In this document: in pieces, positions 47,682 to 57,702 of the stretch | Layout: each line of letters starts with the position of its first letter | Position numbering within the stretch: the first letter of the stretch is position 1 | Assembly (NCBI GenBank): GCA_963741955.1 | Contig: CAVUKB010000005.1 | Location: forward strand, 640,001-704,000 | From: an uncultured Acidobacteriota bacterium | GTDB lineage: Bacteria > Acidobacteriota > Thermoanaerobaculia > Gp7-AA8 | Length of the DNA: 64,000 nt | Reading direction: 5' to 3' | Translations under genes and position numbers: made by a program | Notes under the pieces: model-generated | Databases searched by the model: none | Told to the model about the DNA's origin: nothing | What the model saw: the letters and a program-made list of their open reading frames with translations, nothing else

Positions 47682-49022
47682 TCATCGCTCTGTACGAGCT
47701 ACTCCGTTCGTCTTTCGGAACGACTGCTGGTCCGTGAGTCGCAACACCTCGGAGATCGCCAGGATCACCGCGCCGACTCCGTAGTTCACGTCCGCATTGA
47801 CGGATGTCACCACGTCACACGCCGGCCCGATTCCCGGAGGTTGGATCCCGCTGACCGAGCCGTCCGGAGCGATCCGGCCGAGGAGAACGCCGAAGGCCCG
47901 CATGACGACCGGCGCGTACGTCTCGCGGTCGAGCCAACCTTCGTTGATTCCGCGCGCGAGGAAGAACGTCAGTAAGCCGGTCGCCGAGGTCTCCGCGGAC
48001 GGACAGAAAGCAGGATCCGAAAGGCTCGCCCCCCATCCGCCGTCGGGCGTGCGCCGTGCCACGAGCGAAGACGCCATCCCTTTGAGAAGACCGCGGATCG
48101 CGGGGGCATCGACCACTTCGACGTACTGACTCCCTCCATACGGCGAGTCGAGCGCCTCGGCGGATCGCAGCAGCCCAACCGCGACCCACGCGTTCCCCCG
48201 GCCCCAGAATCGATCCGCTCCGCGATCCTCCGGCGCGTGGAAGAAGAGACCGGATTGATCATCGAAGAGAAGAAGGCCGTTGCGGGACGGATTCGTCGGA
48301 ACCGCCACGACCCGCGGATCGGAACTGGAGGGGCGATGGTCGTAGACGTAGGCCTCGATCCATTCGTAGGCGAGATCGCGCGCCAGCGGATCCGCGGGAA
48401 GACCCTCGCGCGACGACCCCGCCATCGCCAGCCAGGGAATGACCATGTACACGTCGTCCTCCCAGTAGCGCGTCCCGTATCCACCGGCGATCCACCAGGG
48501 GTCGCGCGGAGAGGTCTCGTCCGGGCGATCCCGGATCGCATGACGCGCGAACTCGGTCGGACCGGCGAGAAGCGCGACGAGCTGCGAACGACGCGCATCG
48601 CCGGCGGGGAGCACGCGCACCAGATCCATTGCGACCTGCGAGAACGCCGTGCCGTCGCCCCAGCTCACTGACTCGACGTCATCGTCGCTCTCGAGAATCA
48701 CTGCGGCCGCGCGTTCGATCAGAGCGTCTCCGCTCCCCGGCTGTTCGCGGTTCAGTTCCTCTCCGAGGAGCACGAGCCCGTCGAGGAACGGTGCGTTCTC
48801 CCAATGGAGGCGCGGCTGGAACTGATCGATCCGCGCACTCTCCGCGACACGCACTGCGAGGTCGCGTATTGAGGCGCGCTGAGCGAGCGGATGCTCGACG
48901 GTCCGGTGCCGCGCGGCGAAGAGTGGGAGTGGCGATGCAACCACGAAGACGAGGGCACAGATGCCATGAGATCGGGCTCGGAAGAGGGCGGAGCACATCC
49001 TTTGCGCAGTTCGAGTCTTCAC
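47682..49022 (-). CDS. Secreted glycoside hydrolase family 88/105-like protein (start uncertain)
   Basis: WEDDVYM, SGLFFH, FWGRGNAW, ETSATG, YGVGA. Confidence 0.78.
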   Translation of the reverse strand: MKTRTAQRMCSALFRARSHGICALVFVVASPLPLFAARHRTVEHPLAQRASIRDLAVRVAESARIDQFQPRLHWENAPFLDGLVLLGEELNREQPGSGDALIERAAAVILESDDDVESVSWGDGTAFSQVAMDLVRVLPAGDARRSQLVALLAGPTEFARHAIRDRPDETSPRDPWWIAGGYGTRYWEDDVYMVIPWLAMAGSSREGLPADPLARDLAYEWIEAYVYDHRPSSSDPRVVAVPTNPSRNGLLLFDDQSGLFFHAPEDRGADRFWGRGNAWVAVGLLRSAEALDSPYGGSQYVEVVDAPAIRGLLKGMASSLVARRTPDGGWGASLSDPAFCPSAETSATGLLTFFLARGINEGWLDRETYAPVVMRAFGVLLGRIAPDGSVSGIQPPGIGPACDVVTSVNADVNYGVGAVILAISEVLRLTDQQSFRKTNGVARTER

Positions 49023-49240
49023 AGATCCACCTTTCCGTCGCCGTTTCGACCGCCCTACGCGTCAAGGGCCCACGGCCCGGGCCATTTAAGCCCGTTTCCC
49101 ACGGCTGACCCCTGGGCTATCTATATGCCGTCCGCTTCGCGGACTGGAGGTCGGACGACGCGCGATCACATTCCGGGCATCCCCGCGACATCGTGCGACT
49201 CATCTTAAGTCCCATCGAACCAAAGCGGACGTGAATGCCG

Positions 49241-51700
49241 TCACCAGAAGTTCGTCGGGTCTCCCGTCTTGTCGTCGACGATCGACACATACGCCCACGA
49301 CCCTCCCGGACCGGCTTCGGTCTTCTGTGGGAGCACGGTGAGGCCGTACACGCCGTCAGGGAGGTCGCCGACGAATGACTGGATGGGCGACTGGAGCGTC
49401 TCGTGCGGCTGGACGGTGACTGTGACCGACGCGACTTGCGTGCCTTCGGCGTCGTAGAGCGTGAGCTGCTCGGGGACAGCGTACGAGAGGCCGTTGTAGA
49501 GCCCGAGGTTCACGCGCGCGTTTTCACCGATGACGATTCCGGCGAAGTGCTGCACCGGATATCCCTTGATCGGGTAGAACGGAAGAATGTCGCCGTACGT
49601 CCCGCCGTCCGCACGCGTGGTGTACGTGCGGGCGTAGCCGGCGGTCCAGGCGCCGACGCGGACCTCGAGCGCGCCACGGACGTCCTGGCCGGCGCAGTTC
49701 GGGAACTGGCCGACGACGTCGGAATAGATGTCGAGCAAGAGCGGCTGCGACCCTTCCCTGGGAATGATCTCTCTCATCAGACCGCTCGAATCCGTCGTGC
49801 CGGCCTGGCACGGCCCGCCGGACGCGGGGTAGAACCACGCGAGGGGACTTCCCGTTTCGCGAGTGGGGTCGTCAGGAGGATCCGGCTCGAGGAACGTGCC
49901 GTAGAGGTCCGTCCTCCAGCGGGTGCCGTTGGCGCCCTTCGTCTCACCCACCGCGGGGATGGCCATGGTCGTCACCCTGTCGGGCTGGATCTCGAAAAGC
50001 GTGTAGGGAACGAAGCTCGCGTCGCCGGTCCGGTTGTCGACGACCGAGATCCATACCGGGATCGAGTGGTCGCCGAACACGAGGAGCTGGTAGAGCGGAG
50101 GTGCCCCCGAATCGGGCGTGAACATCTGCTCCGCATTGAAGTTGATCACGGAGTGCGGGGGAACGACGACCTCGTTCAACGGGCACTCGAATGGACAGTG
50201 GAATGACTCGAACCCCAGATGGACCGGATCGTCCCCGTCGTTGACAGCGCCGATGTTGTGCCGGAACCGACCGGGGTCGCGCTCGTCGATGACGAACTTC
50301 GGCTCCGTCACCATCGGTCCGGGAAAGCCGACGTCGGATGGACTCGAGAGATGGTTCGCGTACCCGTTCTCCGAGGGGACGGCGGGGATCGACTGACCGT
50401 AACTCCCGCCGTCGGCAGCCGGAGTCCACGTTCTCGACTGCACTGCGAGCTGCGCACTCCATTCGTACGGAGCGTCGATCACGAGCGCATCCGTCGTGGT
50501 GCCATCGCCGCCCTGGTCGGCGGAACCGCCGCCGAGGGAGCCGAGGACGTCGTCGATGGCGACCGATGCATGAGGTGCGAGCGTGACGTCGCGCGACCGG
50601 CCTGGAGCGGCGACGCGACGCATAGTGAACGTCACGTTCTCGTCTGCCGGGTTGTAGATCCAGAGGTCGCTCCGCCAGCTCGTTCTGTTGGCGCCGCGCG
50701 CTTTGCCGATCGCGGGGACGATCTGCAGATAGCGCGCGGGCGGCTCGGCGGGAATGCGTGTCATCGACGACGGGAGCTGTTCGGGCTGCGGAGTGAGATC
50801 GAACGCCGGTGAGCCGTCGAGAGGAATGACGCGGAGCTTCGCTCGCTGCGCGGGAGGAAGGCTCGGATTCTCGCTTGCGCTGAGAAGTGCGTCCATCAGG
50901 GGATCGTAGACGAGGCTCTCGGTGTGGAACGGCTCCGTCTCTCCCGACCGCCAGGTCTCGTCCTTCACGACCTCCATGCTTCCGAGACCGCCTCCGACGA
51001 GCGGCACTCTGGTGAGACGCTCCGACCAGAGTCCTTCCTGGAGCACGGTCGTATATCGGAACCAGAACGCGTGTCGTTTCGTGTCGAGGGCGATGTGCTT
51101 CATCGGCTCCTCGAGGCGGGCGAAGAGAGTCAGCGATTCGTCGGAAGGATCGAGTGAGCGGCGCTCCAGAAGGTCGAAGCGGGTCTTGCCGCTCGTCGGC
51201 TGGTCGTATCCCGGAGGCTGCATCGACGGGCAGATGGCGACGACGTCCCCCATCGGCGAGCAGAGCGGGAATCCGTACACACCCGAAGAGATGCCGAGCG
51301 AGTGCGCCATCTCGTGAGTGACGATCGAGCCCTGGAAGAACCAGCCGCCCCACTGACCAAGGCCCTGGTACCTCCGGAGGAGCCGCATCGTGGCGAGATC
51401 GTACTCGAGGTAGGCCCCTCCCTCGACGACGATCCGGTCATAGTACGCGCCGAGTGCGGCGTCGCGTCCCGTCTCGTTCAGACCGAAGAGGAGGGGCGTG
51501 AGGAACTCGTACGTCCCCTTCTCCACGTCGTAGCGCCAGATCCCTTCGCCATATTGCGGATATCGCCACTCCGCGCCCAGAGGCGGCCCGACAGTCAGGC
51601 GCGTCACATAGAGATCGTGCGCGAGGGCTTCGTGGGTGGACTGCGCAACGAGAGGAGCGACAGTAAGGAGTGAGAGAAGGAGTGTCAGTATGGTCTTCAT
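49241..51700 (-). CDS. Large secreted hypothetical protein with two related C-terminal modules
   Basis: Signal peptide; VPAIGKARGANRTSWRSDL and IPAVGETKGANGTRWRTDL; modules end SVVDNRTGD and SIVDDKTGD. Confidence 0.85.
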   Translation of the reverse strand: MKTILTLLLSLLTVAPLVAQSTHEALAHDLYVTRLTVGPPLGAEWRYPQYGEGIWRYDVEKGTYEFLTPLLFGLNETGRDAALGAYYDRIVVEGGAYLEYDLATMRLLRRYQGLGQWGGWFFQGSIVTHEMAHSLGISSGVYGFPLCSPMGDVVAICPSMQPPGYDQPTSGKTRFDLLERRSLDPSDESLTLFARLEEPMKHIALDTKRHAFWFRYTTVLQEGLWSERLTRVPLVGGGLGSMEVVKDETWRSGETEPFHTESLVYDPLMDALLSASENPSLPPAQRAKLRVIPLDGSPAFDLTPQPEQLPSSMTRIPAEPPARYLQIVPAIGKARGANRTSWRSDLWIYNPADENVTFTMRRVAAPGRSRDVTLAPHASVAIDDVLGSLGGGSADQGGDGTTTDALVIDAPYEWSAQLAVQSRTWTPAADGGSYGQSIPAVPSENGYANHLSSPSDVGFPGPMVTEPKFVIDERDPGRFRHNIGAVNDGDDPVHLGFESFHCPFECPLNEVVVPPHSVINFNAEQMFTPDSGAPPLYQLLVFGDHSIPVWISVVDNRTGDASFVPYTLFEIQPDRVTTMAIPAVGETKGANGTRWRTDLYGTFLEPDPPDDPTRETGSPLAWFYPASGGPCQAGTTDSSGLMREIIPREGSQPLLLDIYSDVVGQFPNCAGQDVRGALEVRVGAWTAGYARTYTTRADGGTYGDILPFYPIKGYPVQHFAGIVIGENARVNLGLYNGLSYAVPEQLTLYDAEGTQVASVTVTVQPHETLQSPIQSFVGDLPDGVYGLTVLPQKTEAGPGGSWAYVSIVDDKTGDPTNFW

Positions 51701-51921
51701 GCCAGCGATCTCCGAACGAGAGGCGGAGCGCGCCCCGTTCTGTGCGTACAGCGCTTCGTTCTCTGGCGGTGGAGACCGGATCGTCGGGCTCGATCCGGGA
51801 CGGCTTCACCTCCGCACGATCCGACGGTGTAGATACGTAGCGTCGCACATAAACGTCGATGTGACAAGCGAGTGCGAACGGACCAGTGTGACGCGCAACG
51901 ACTTCAGGTACGCCCAGAGGT

Positions 51922-52110
51922 GGACGTCGTCGGACGTCGATCAGTCCGCGGAGCGGACGAAACATCTGTAGCCCAGGGCGGCAGCCCTGGGAATCGAAGC
52001 AGGGCTATGGGTGTGCCGTCCGCTTCGCGGACTCCTCGAGACCAAGTTCGTTCGGCGGCACCACATAGCGCTCACGCCTTGAGCGACTCTTGTGACGTCG
52101 GCTCTGCAGA
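51922..52110. repeat. REP-like composite, direct-repeat partner of 46977-47173
   Basis: Shared GGACGTC..CGATCAGTCCGCGG..CATCTG.AGCCCAGGGCGGCAGCCCTGGGA. Confidence 0.8.
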
Positions 52111-52127
52111 CTGCGCCGCGCACCATG

Positions 52128-53357
52128 TCAGCGGTTCATCTTCGCGCCACGCATCTCCCCGCCCGCTTCGTCCGTCCAGTGGCGCTGGTCGGGGCGTTTC
52201 CGCGCTTTCTCGAACTCGTCACGAAGCCTGCCGAGGAGCTCTTCGCGACGCGCGTAGAGCTTCTTCGGTTTGCGCTTCTTCGCGCGGTCGAACGCGTAGG
52301 AGACGAGAAGAGGGAGGGCGATGGTGGAGTCGCCGTAGCAGACGACCGCGTCGGGAAGCGTGTCGGGGCGCACTTTGCCCCAGGAGACCGCCTCGCCCGG
52401 TGTGGCGCCGGAAAGACCCCCGGTGTCGGGGCGGGCATCGGTGAACTGGAGGAAGTAGTCGTGTCCTTCCTCGTCGATCATCAGCACTTCCTGAATCTGC
52501 GGTTCGGTCTGGAGCATGAAGTTCTTCGGGCTCCCGCCGCCGACGATGAGAACGCCCGACTTCCCCCCCTCGCGCTTCGCGTTGAGGACGATCGCGGCGG
52601 TCTCGTTCACGTCACGCGAGACGTCGAAGGAGAGCGTCGAACCGGCGAGCTGGAGGCCGGCGACGTTCATCCCGATCGACGAATCGCCCGGCGAGGAGGT
52701 GTAGATCGGAACCTTGTGCTGGTACGCGGCGGAGAGGACCGAGACCGTTCCGATGCCGAGCTTCTTCTCCGTCTCGTGGACGTATTTGCCGATGCGGTAG
52801 TGGAACTCCGCCGTCGACATCGGTCCGCTGAACTCAGGCTGGGAGAGGACGGTGCGGAAGTATCGGTCGGTGTCGAGCAGCACGTGGTAGTCGAACAGAA
52901 TGTCGTAGATCCTCACCACACCTTCGGCACGGAGCTTCGTGTCGTCGAGGAATGGCGAGCCGTAGTGGAGCTTCAGGCCGATCCCGAAGTGCGTGTCGTG
53001 GTAGAGATTCGCCCCGGTGGAGACGATCCAGTCGACGAAGCCGTTCTGAATCATGGGGATGATCACCGATTTTCCCAGTCCGGTCGGGGTCAGGGCTCCA
53101 GTGAGCGACATCCCGATGGTGCAATCTGCGGTGAGCATCTTCTCGGTGAAGAGTCGGCAGCCTTCGCGAAGCCTCCCGGCGTTGTAGGAGGTGAAGACCC
53201 GGTCGATCAGATCGGAGACTTTTTCTCCCTTTCCGATGGGGCCGGGATCGATTCGGGCTCCCTTCAGGTAAGCCGACTGCGACTCCGGGTGCTTCTCGTG
53301 TGTCTCGCTCTTCTTCGAGGACGTCTTCCGCTTCGGGTTCGGTGTGCGCGTGCCCAT
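52128..53357 (-). CDS. Deoxyhypusine synthase-like protein (possible SpeY-type homospermidine synthase)
   Basis: [50 protein letters not shown]. Confidence 0.88.
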   Translation of the reverse strand: MGTRTPNPKRKTSSKKSETHEKHPESQSAYLKGARIDPGPIGKGEKVSDLIDRVFTSYNAGRLREGCRLFTEKMLTADCTIGMSLTGALTPTGLGKSVIIPMIQNGFVDWIVSTGANLYHDTHFGIGLKLHYGSPFLDDTKLRAEGVVRIYDILFDYHVLLDTDRYFRTVLSQPEFSGPMSTAEFHYRIGKYVHETEKKLGIGTVSVLSAAYQHKVPIYTSSPGDSSIGMNVAGLQLAGSTLSFDVSRDVNETAAIVLNAKREGGKSGVLIVGGGSPKNFMLQTEPQIQEVLMIDEEGHDYFLQFTDARPDTGGLSGATPGEAVSWGKVRPDTLPDAVVCYGDSTIALPLLVSYAFDRAKKRKPKKLYARREELLGRLRDEFEKARKRPDQRHWTDEAGGEMRGAKMNR

Positions 53358-53444
53358 TCCGGTCGGTTCTCCCTTTCGCTCACCGGATCCTCCGGCCGCT
53401 CGACTCACGAGACGGCCGGCTGCGATCCGGAAAATCGAAGGGGA

Positions 53445-54170
53445 TTATAAGCTCCCGACCTTCTGATCGAGCTCGATTCCCGCGAGAATCTCCACCCGCT
53501 CGTGCGCGGACGCCGCCTTTTCGGTCGCGCCGACGCGCATCCAGGCGCCTTCGAGATTCGCCAGAACGCGCATCAGCGTCTCGCGCGCGCTCCAGGCCCG
53601 GAGGAATTCCTTCTGCAGCCTCCGCTTCCCGTCGGTGATGGCGTAGAGGAGCTTGTCGATGTCCGACATGCTCAGAGTGACGCCGATCTGGAACGGATCG
53701 ATGTAAACCGTGCTCAGGTCGATCTGGACCTGGACGATGTAGTGACCCGGAAGTCCGATCCCCGAGACCTTCAGCCCCATCCGCTGCGCCACGTGCATGA
53801 ACGCGATGGAGAGGGTGATCGGGATTCCGGTCTTCCTCTCGATGACCTCGTTCAACATCGAGTTGCGGACGTCGTAGTAGTCGGTGATGTTGCCACGAAA
53901 TCCTTCCGTGTCGAAGAACTCGGTCTGCAGATATCCGAGCTTGAAGCTCGCCGGATCGTTCTTTCCTCCCCGCGCCAGCGCCCGCTCGGCGATGCCGTCG
54001 AGACTCCTGAGCGCCGCGTCGACGTCGAGGTGGGGATACTCTTCGAGCGCGACGAGTAGAGCGCCACGCGCGAGATCGCCGTTTCCGAAATTCGAATCGG
54101 AGAGCTCGACGAAGCGTCTTCGCGCCTCCGTGGGGTGAACGTAAACTCTGTCATTCATAGAACTTTTCAC
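53445..54170 (-). CDS. SirB1 / transglutaminase-like core family protein
   Basis: GFRGN..DYYD.RNS.LNEVIERKTGIPITLS, GIGLPGH, IDPF, RVLANL. Confidence 0.88.
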   Translation of the reverse strand: MKSSMNDRVYVHPTEARRRFVELSDSNFGNGDLARGALLVALEEYPHLDVDAALRSLDGIAERALARGGKNDPASFKLGYLQTEFFDTEGFRGNITDYYDVRNSMLNEVIERKTGIPITLSIAFMHVAQRMGLKVSGIGLPGHYIVQVQIDLSTVYIDPFQIGVTLSMSDIDKLLYAITDGKRRLQKEFLRAWSARETLMRVLANLEGAWMRVGATEKAASAHERVEILAGIELDQKVGSL

Positions 54171-54202
54171 CTTCCAACCTACCGTCTCTGCATAATACGT
54201 GC

Positions 54203-54958
54203 GTGAAACCCGAGAAGACGGAAGCCATCGTGCTCCACACCTGGCCTGCGCGGGAACGCGACAAACTCGTGGTGTTCCTCACGCCCGGGTATGGAAAACG
54301 CAAAGGTTGGGCCTACGGAGCAAGATCGCTCAAGAGCCGCTTCGGTGCGGCTCTCGAGCCGCTCTCGAAGGTGGAGGTATCTTTTCTCGAGAAGGAATCG
54401 GAAGAGATCGTCAGGATCGAATCGGTCTCGCTGATCCGTTCCCTCTTCCCCGCCCAGCAGGATCTCGCCTCCAGCGTCGCGGCGACGTACCTCGCGGAAA
54501 TGATCGACGTCTTCGCTCAGCCCGACGACCCCTCGGAGCTCCTCTACCGCCTCCTCGACCGCGTCGGCGACGCTCTCCTCGCGCGCGTTCCCGTTCTCCC
54601 GCTGCTCGCCTATGCCGAGATCTGGGTCCTCAAGGTCACCGGAATCGTTCCTTCGACACGCGTCTGCATCGCGTGTGATCTTCCGCTCGAACGCCCGCTC
54701 CGCTACGACGACGAGCGCGGAGGATTCGTCTGTCCACGATGTGCGTCGCGGTCGCTCCCCCCCATTCCGAACGAGATCGCCGACGTCCTCGACGACCTCC
54801 TCCGATCACCGCTCGAGGAGTTCGCCCGCCGGGGCCACCCCGATTCGGCGATCAGCGAGATCCGTTCCTTCGCGCGCGCGCTTCGCCGTGCATTCCTCGG
54901 CCACGAGCTCAAGTCGCACGACATCGTCGAGTCGGTGCTGATCATGACGCGGAGATAG
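54203..54958 (+). CDS. recO: DNA repair protein RecO
   Basis: EAIVL....ERDKLV.FLT...GK, GAR..KSRFGAALEP, CxxC...CxxC zinc finger, ELKS. Confidence 0.92.
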   Translation: MKPEKTEAIVLHTWPARERDKLVVFLTPGYGKRKGWAYGARSLKSRFGAALEPLSKVEVSFLEKESEEIVRIESVSLIRSLFPAQQDLASSVAATYLAEMIDVFAQPDDPSELLYRLLDRVGDALLARVPVLPLLAYAEIWVLKVTGIVPSTRVCIACDLPLERPLRYDDERGGFVCPRCASRSLPPIPNEIADVLDDLLRSPLEEFARRGHPDSAISEIRSFARALRRAFLGHELKSHDIVESVLIMTRR

Positions 54959-54973
54959 GAGGGGGCGGGCCGA

Positions 54974-55894
54974 GGAGCGCCGGCATCCCTGCCGGCTCGT
55001 GACGAGCGCCCCGCGCTCGTCACCTCTCCTCGTGCCACGATCCGTACACCTGCACGAGGCGAGAATCGTTCTTTCCCCCGAGTTCCTCGCGGTCAGGCAC
55101 AGAGGCCTGACCGCAGCCGGCTTGAAGCCGGCGCCCCTTGAAACCCTGCCGAGGAGCGCCGGCATCCCTGCCGGCTCGTGACGAGCGCCCCGCGCTCGTC
55201 ACCTCTCCTCGTGCCACGATCCGTACACCTGCACGAGGCGAGAATCGTTCTTTCTCCCGAGTTCCTCGCGGTCAGGCACAGAGGCCTGACCGCAGCCGGC
55301 TTGAAGCCGGCGCCCCTTGAAACCCTGCCGAGGAGCGCCGGCATCCCTGCCGGCTCGTGACGAGCGCCCCGCGCTCGTCACCTCTCCTCGTGCCACGATC
55401 CGTACACCTGCACGAGGCGAGAATCGTTCTTTCTCCCGAGTTCCTCGCGGTCAGGCACAGAGGCCTGACCGCAGCCGGCTTGAAGCCGGCGCCCCTTGAA
55501 ACCCTGCCGAGGAGCGCCGGCATCCCTGCCGGCTCGTGACGAGCGCCCCGCGCTCGTCACCTCTCCTCGTGCCACGATCCGTACACCTGCACGAGGCAAG
55601 AATCGTTCTTTCTCCCGAGTTCCTCGCGGTCAGGCACAGAGGCCTGACCGCAGCCGGCTTGAAGCCGGCGCCCCTTGAAACCCTGCCGAGGAGCGCCGGC
55701 ATCCCTGCCGGCTCGTGACGAGCGCCCCGCGCTCGTCACCTCTCCTCGTGCCACGATCCGTACACCTGCACGAGGCGAGAATCGTTCTTTCTCCCGAGTT
55801 CCTCGCGGTCAGGCACAGAGGCCTGACCGCAGCCGGCTTGAAGCCGGCGCCCCTTTGCAACCCTGCCGAGGAGCGCCGGCATCCCTGCCGGCTC
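54974..55894. repeat. Tandem array of five 179-bp REPIN-like units plus one extra REP
   Basis: Units start at 54974, 55153, 55332, 55511, 55690; lone REP at 55870. Confidence 0.97.
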
Positions 55895-55913
55895 GCCCCG
55901 AAACGAACGTTCA

Positions 55914-56573
55914 CTACTTCGCGGTTCCGTAGAGCATCTCGCGAATCGCGTCGTCTCGAACTTCCACCCACCGCCAGTCGCGAAGTCCCGCCCTGGACGG
56001 ATTGTTCGCAATGTATCGGACTGTCTGCTCGAGATGTTTCGGACCTCTCATGAGTACGTCGAACGAGTCGTGCTGCCAGAACGGTCCCGAACGCCCGAGA
56101 ATCCGGTTGCACTCATTCGCAGAGAACGACTTCCACGAATGCAGCACTGAACCCTGCGTCCATCCGGCAAGCAATCGAAAAAGCGCGTGCACGTGATTCG
56201 GCATGATGCACCATGCCAGAAGTATGTACCGCACGCGATCGAAGTGTTTCAGCGTGTCGGCTATCACAGCGGCCGCCCGGACGTCCTTCAGGCAACAATC
56301 ACCGTATCCCTGGTCGAGCTCCCGCTGTTTTCGCTGGAAGAGGTATCGGGCGATCTGCCACTTCGCAGGCATCGACTCTTGCCTGCCTCTCAGCACCATT
56401 TCGCGTTCAAGCTGAATCCTCTCCTGCTCGATCTGATTCAGCACCGCTGAAGGGAGTGCATCGGAGAGACTGAACGTCTCGAAGTAGACTCCGTCCTTCG
56501 TATCCCAATGCGGCAAGCCGTTACGGCGGCGCATGGTCACATCGCCATAAACGAAAGGTGTTTCTTCTCGCAC
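55914..56573 (-). mobile_element. REP-associated tyrosine transposase (RAYT/TnpA-REP, IS200/IS605 HUH superfamily); start GTG 56573 or ATG 56534
   Basis: RNGLPHW...YF.TF.L, AWCIMPNHVH (HUH), WKSFSA, FWQ..SFD, RYIANNP (catalytic Tyr). Confidence 0.9.
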
Positions 56574-56616
56574 GTGGGTCGTTGTACCTCGGTGGGCATC
56601 GCCCAGGCAATCCCTC

Positions 56617-57675
56617 GGAGCGCCGGCATCCCTGCCGGCTCGTGACGAGCGCCCCGCGCTCGTCACCTCTCCTCGTGCCACGATCCGTACACCTGCACGA
56701 GGCGAGAATCGTTCTTTCTCCCGAGTTCCTCGCGGTCAGGCACAGAGGCCTGACCGCAGCCGGCTTGAAGCCGGCGCCCCTTGAAACCCTGCCGAGGAGC
56801 GCCGGCATCCCTGCCGGCTCGTGACGAGCGCCCCGCGCTCGTCACCTCTCCTCGTGCCACGATCCGTACACCTGCACGAGGCGAGAATCGTTCTTTCTCC
56901 CGAGTTCCTCGCGGTCAGGCACAGAGGCCTGACCGCCGCCCGCTTGAAGCCGGCGCCCCTTGAAACCCTGCCGAGGAGCGCCGGCATCCCTGCCGGCTCG
57001 TGACGAGCGCCCCGCGCTCGTCACCTCTCCTCGTGCCACGATCCGTACACCTGCACGAGGCAAGAATCGTTCTTTCTCCCGAGTTCCTCGCGGTCAGGCA
57101 CAGAGGCCTGACCGCAGCCGGCTTGAAGCCGGCGCCCCTTGAAACCCTGCCGAGGAGCGCCGGCATCCCTGCCGGCTCGTGACGAGCGCCCCGCGCTCGT
57201 CACCTCTCCTCGTGCCACGATCCGTACACCTGCACGAGGCGAGAATCGTTCTTTCTCCCGAGTTCCTCGCGGTCAGGCACAGAGGCCTGACCGCAGCCGG
57301 CTTGAAGCCGGCGCCCCTTGAAACCCTGCCGAGGAGCGCCGGCATCCCTGCCGGCTCGTGACGAGCGCCCCGCGCTCGTCACCTCTCCTCGTGCCACGAT
57401 CCGTACACCTGCACGAGGCAAGAATCGTTCTTTCTCCCGAGTTCCTCGCGGTCAGGCACAGAGGCCTGACCGCAGCCGGCTTGAAGCCGGCGCCCCTTGA
57501 AACCCTGCCGAGGAGCGCCGGCATCACTGCCGGCTCGTAACGAGCGCCCCGCGCTCGTCACCTCTCCTCGTGCCACGATCCGTACACCTGCACGAGGCGA
57601 GAATCGTTCTTTCTCCCGAGTTCCTCGCGGTCAGGCACAGAGGCCTGACCGCAGCCGGCTTGAAGCCGGCGCCCC
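56617..57675. repeat. Tandem array of six 179-bp REPIN-like units
   Basis: Units start at 56617, 56796, 56975, 57154, 57333, 57512; same orientation as the 54974 array. Confidence 0.97.
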
Positions 57676-57702
57676 TTTCAGCGACGCGGCGCCCCTCGGA
57701 GA

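Noticed and set aside
54160-54203. Leaderless recO promoter (CATAAT at 54191)
   Set aside because: The -10 is plausible but there is no convincing -35; too weak to call
54999-57576. Repeated 60-83 aa ORFs within the arrays
   Set aside because: By-products of GC-rich repeats; no RBS and no protein-like features
54974-57675. CRISPR array interpretation of the 179-bp repeats (also 30383-31464)
   Set aside because: Intervening sequences are identical rather than unique spacers, the period is too long, and no cas genes are present
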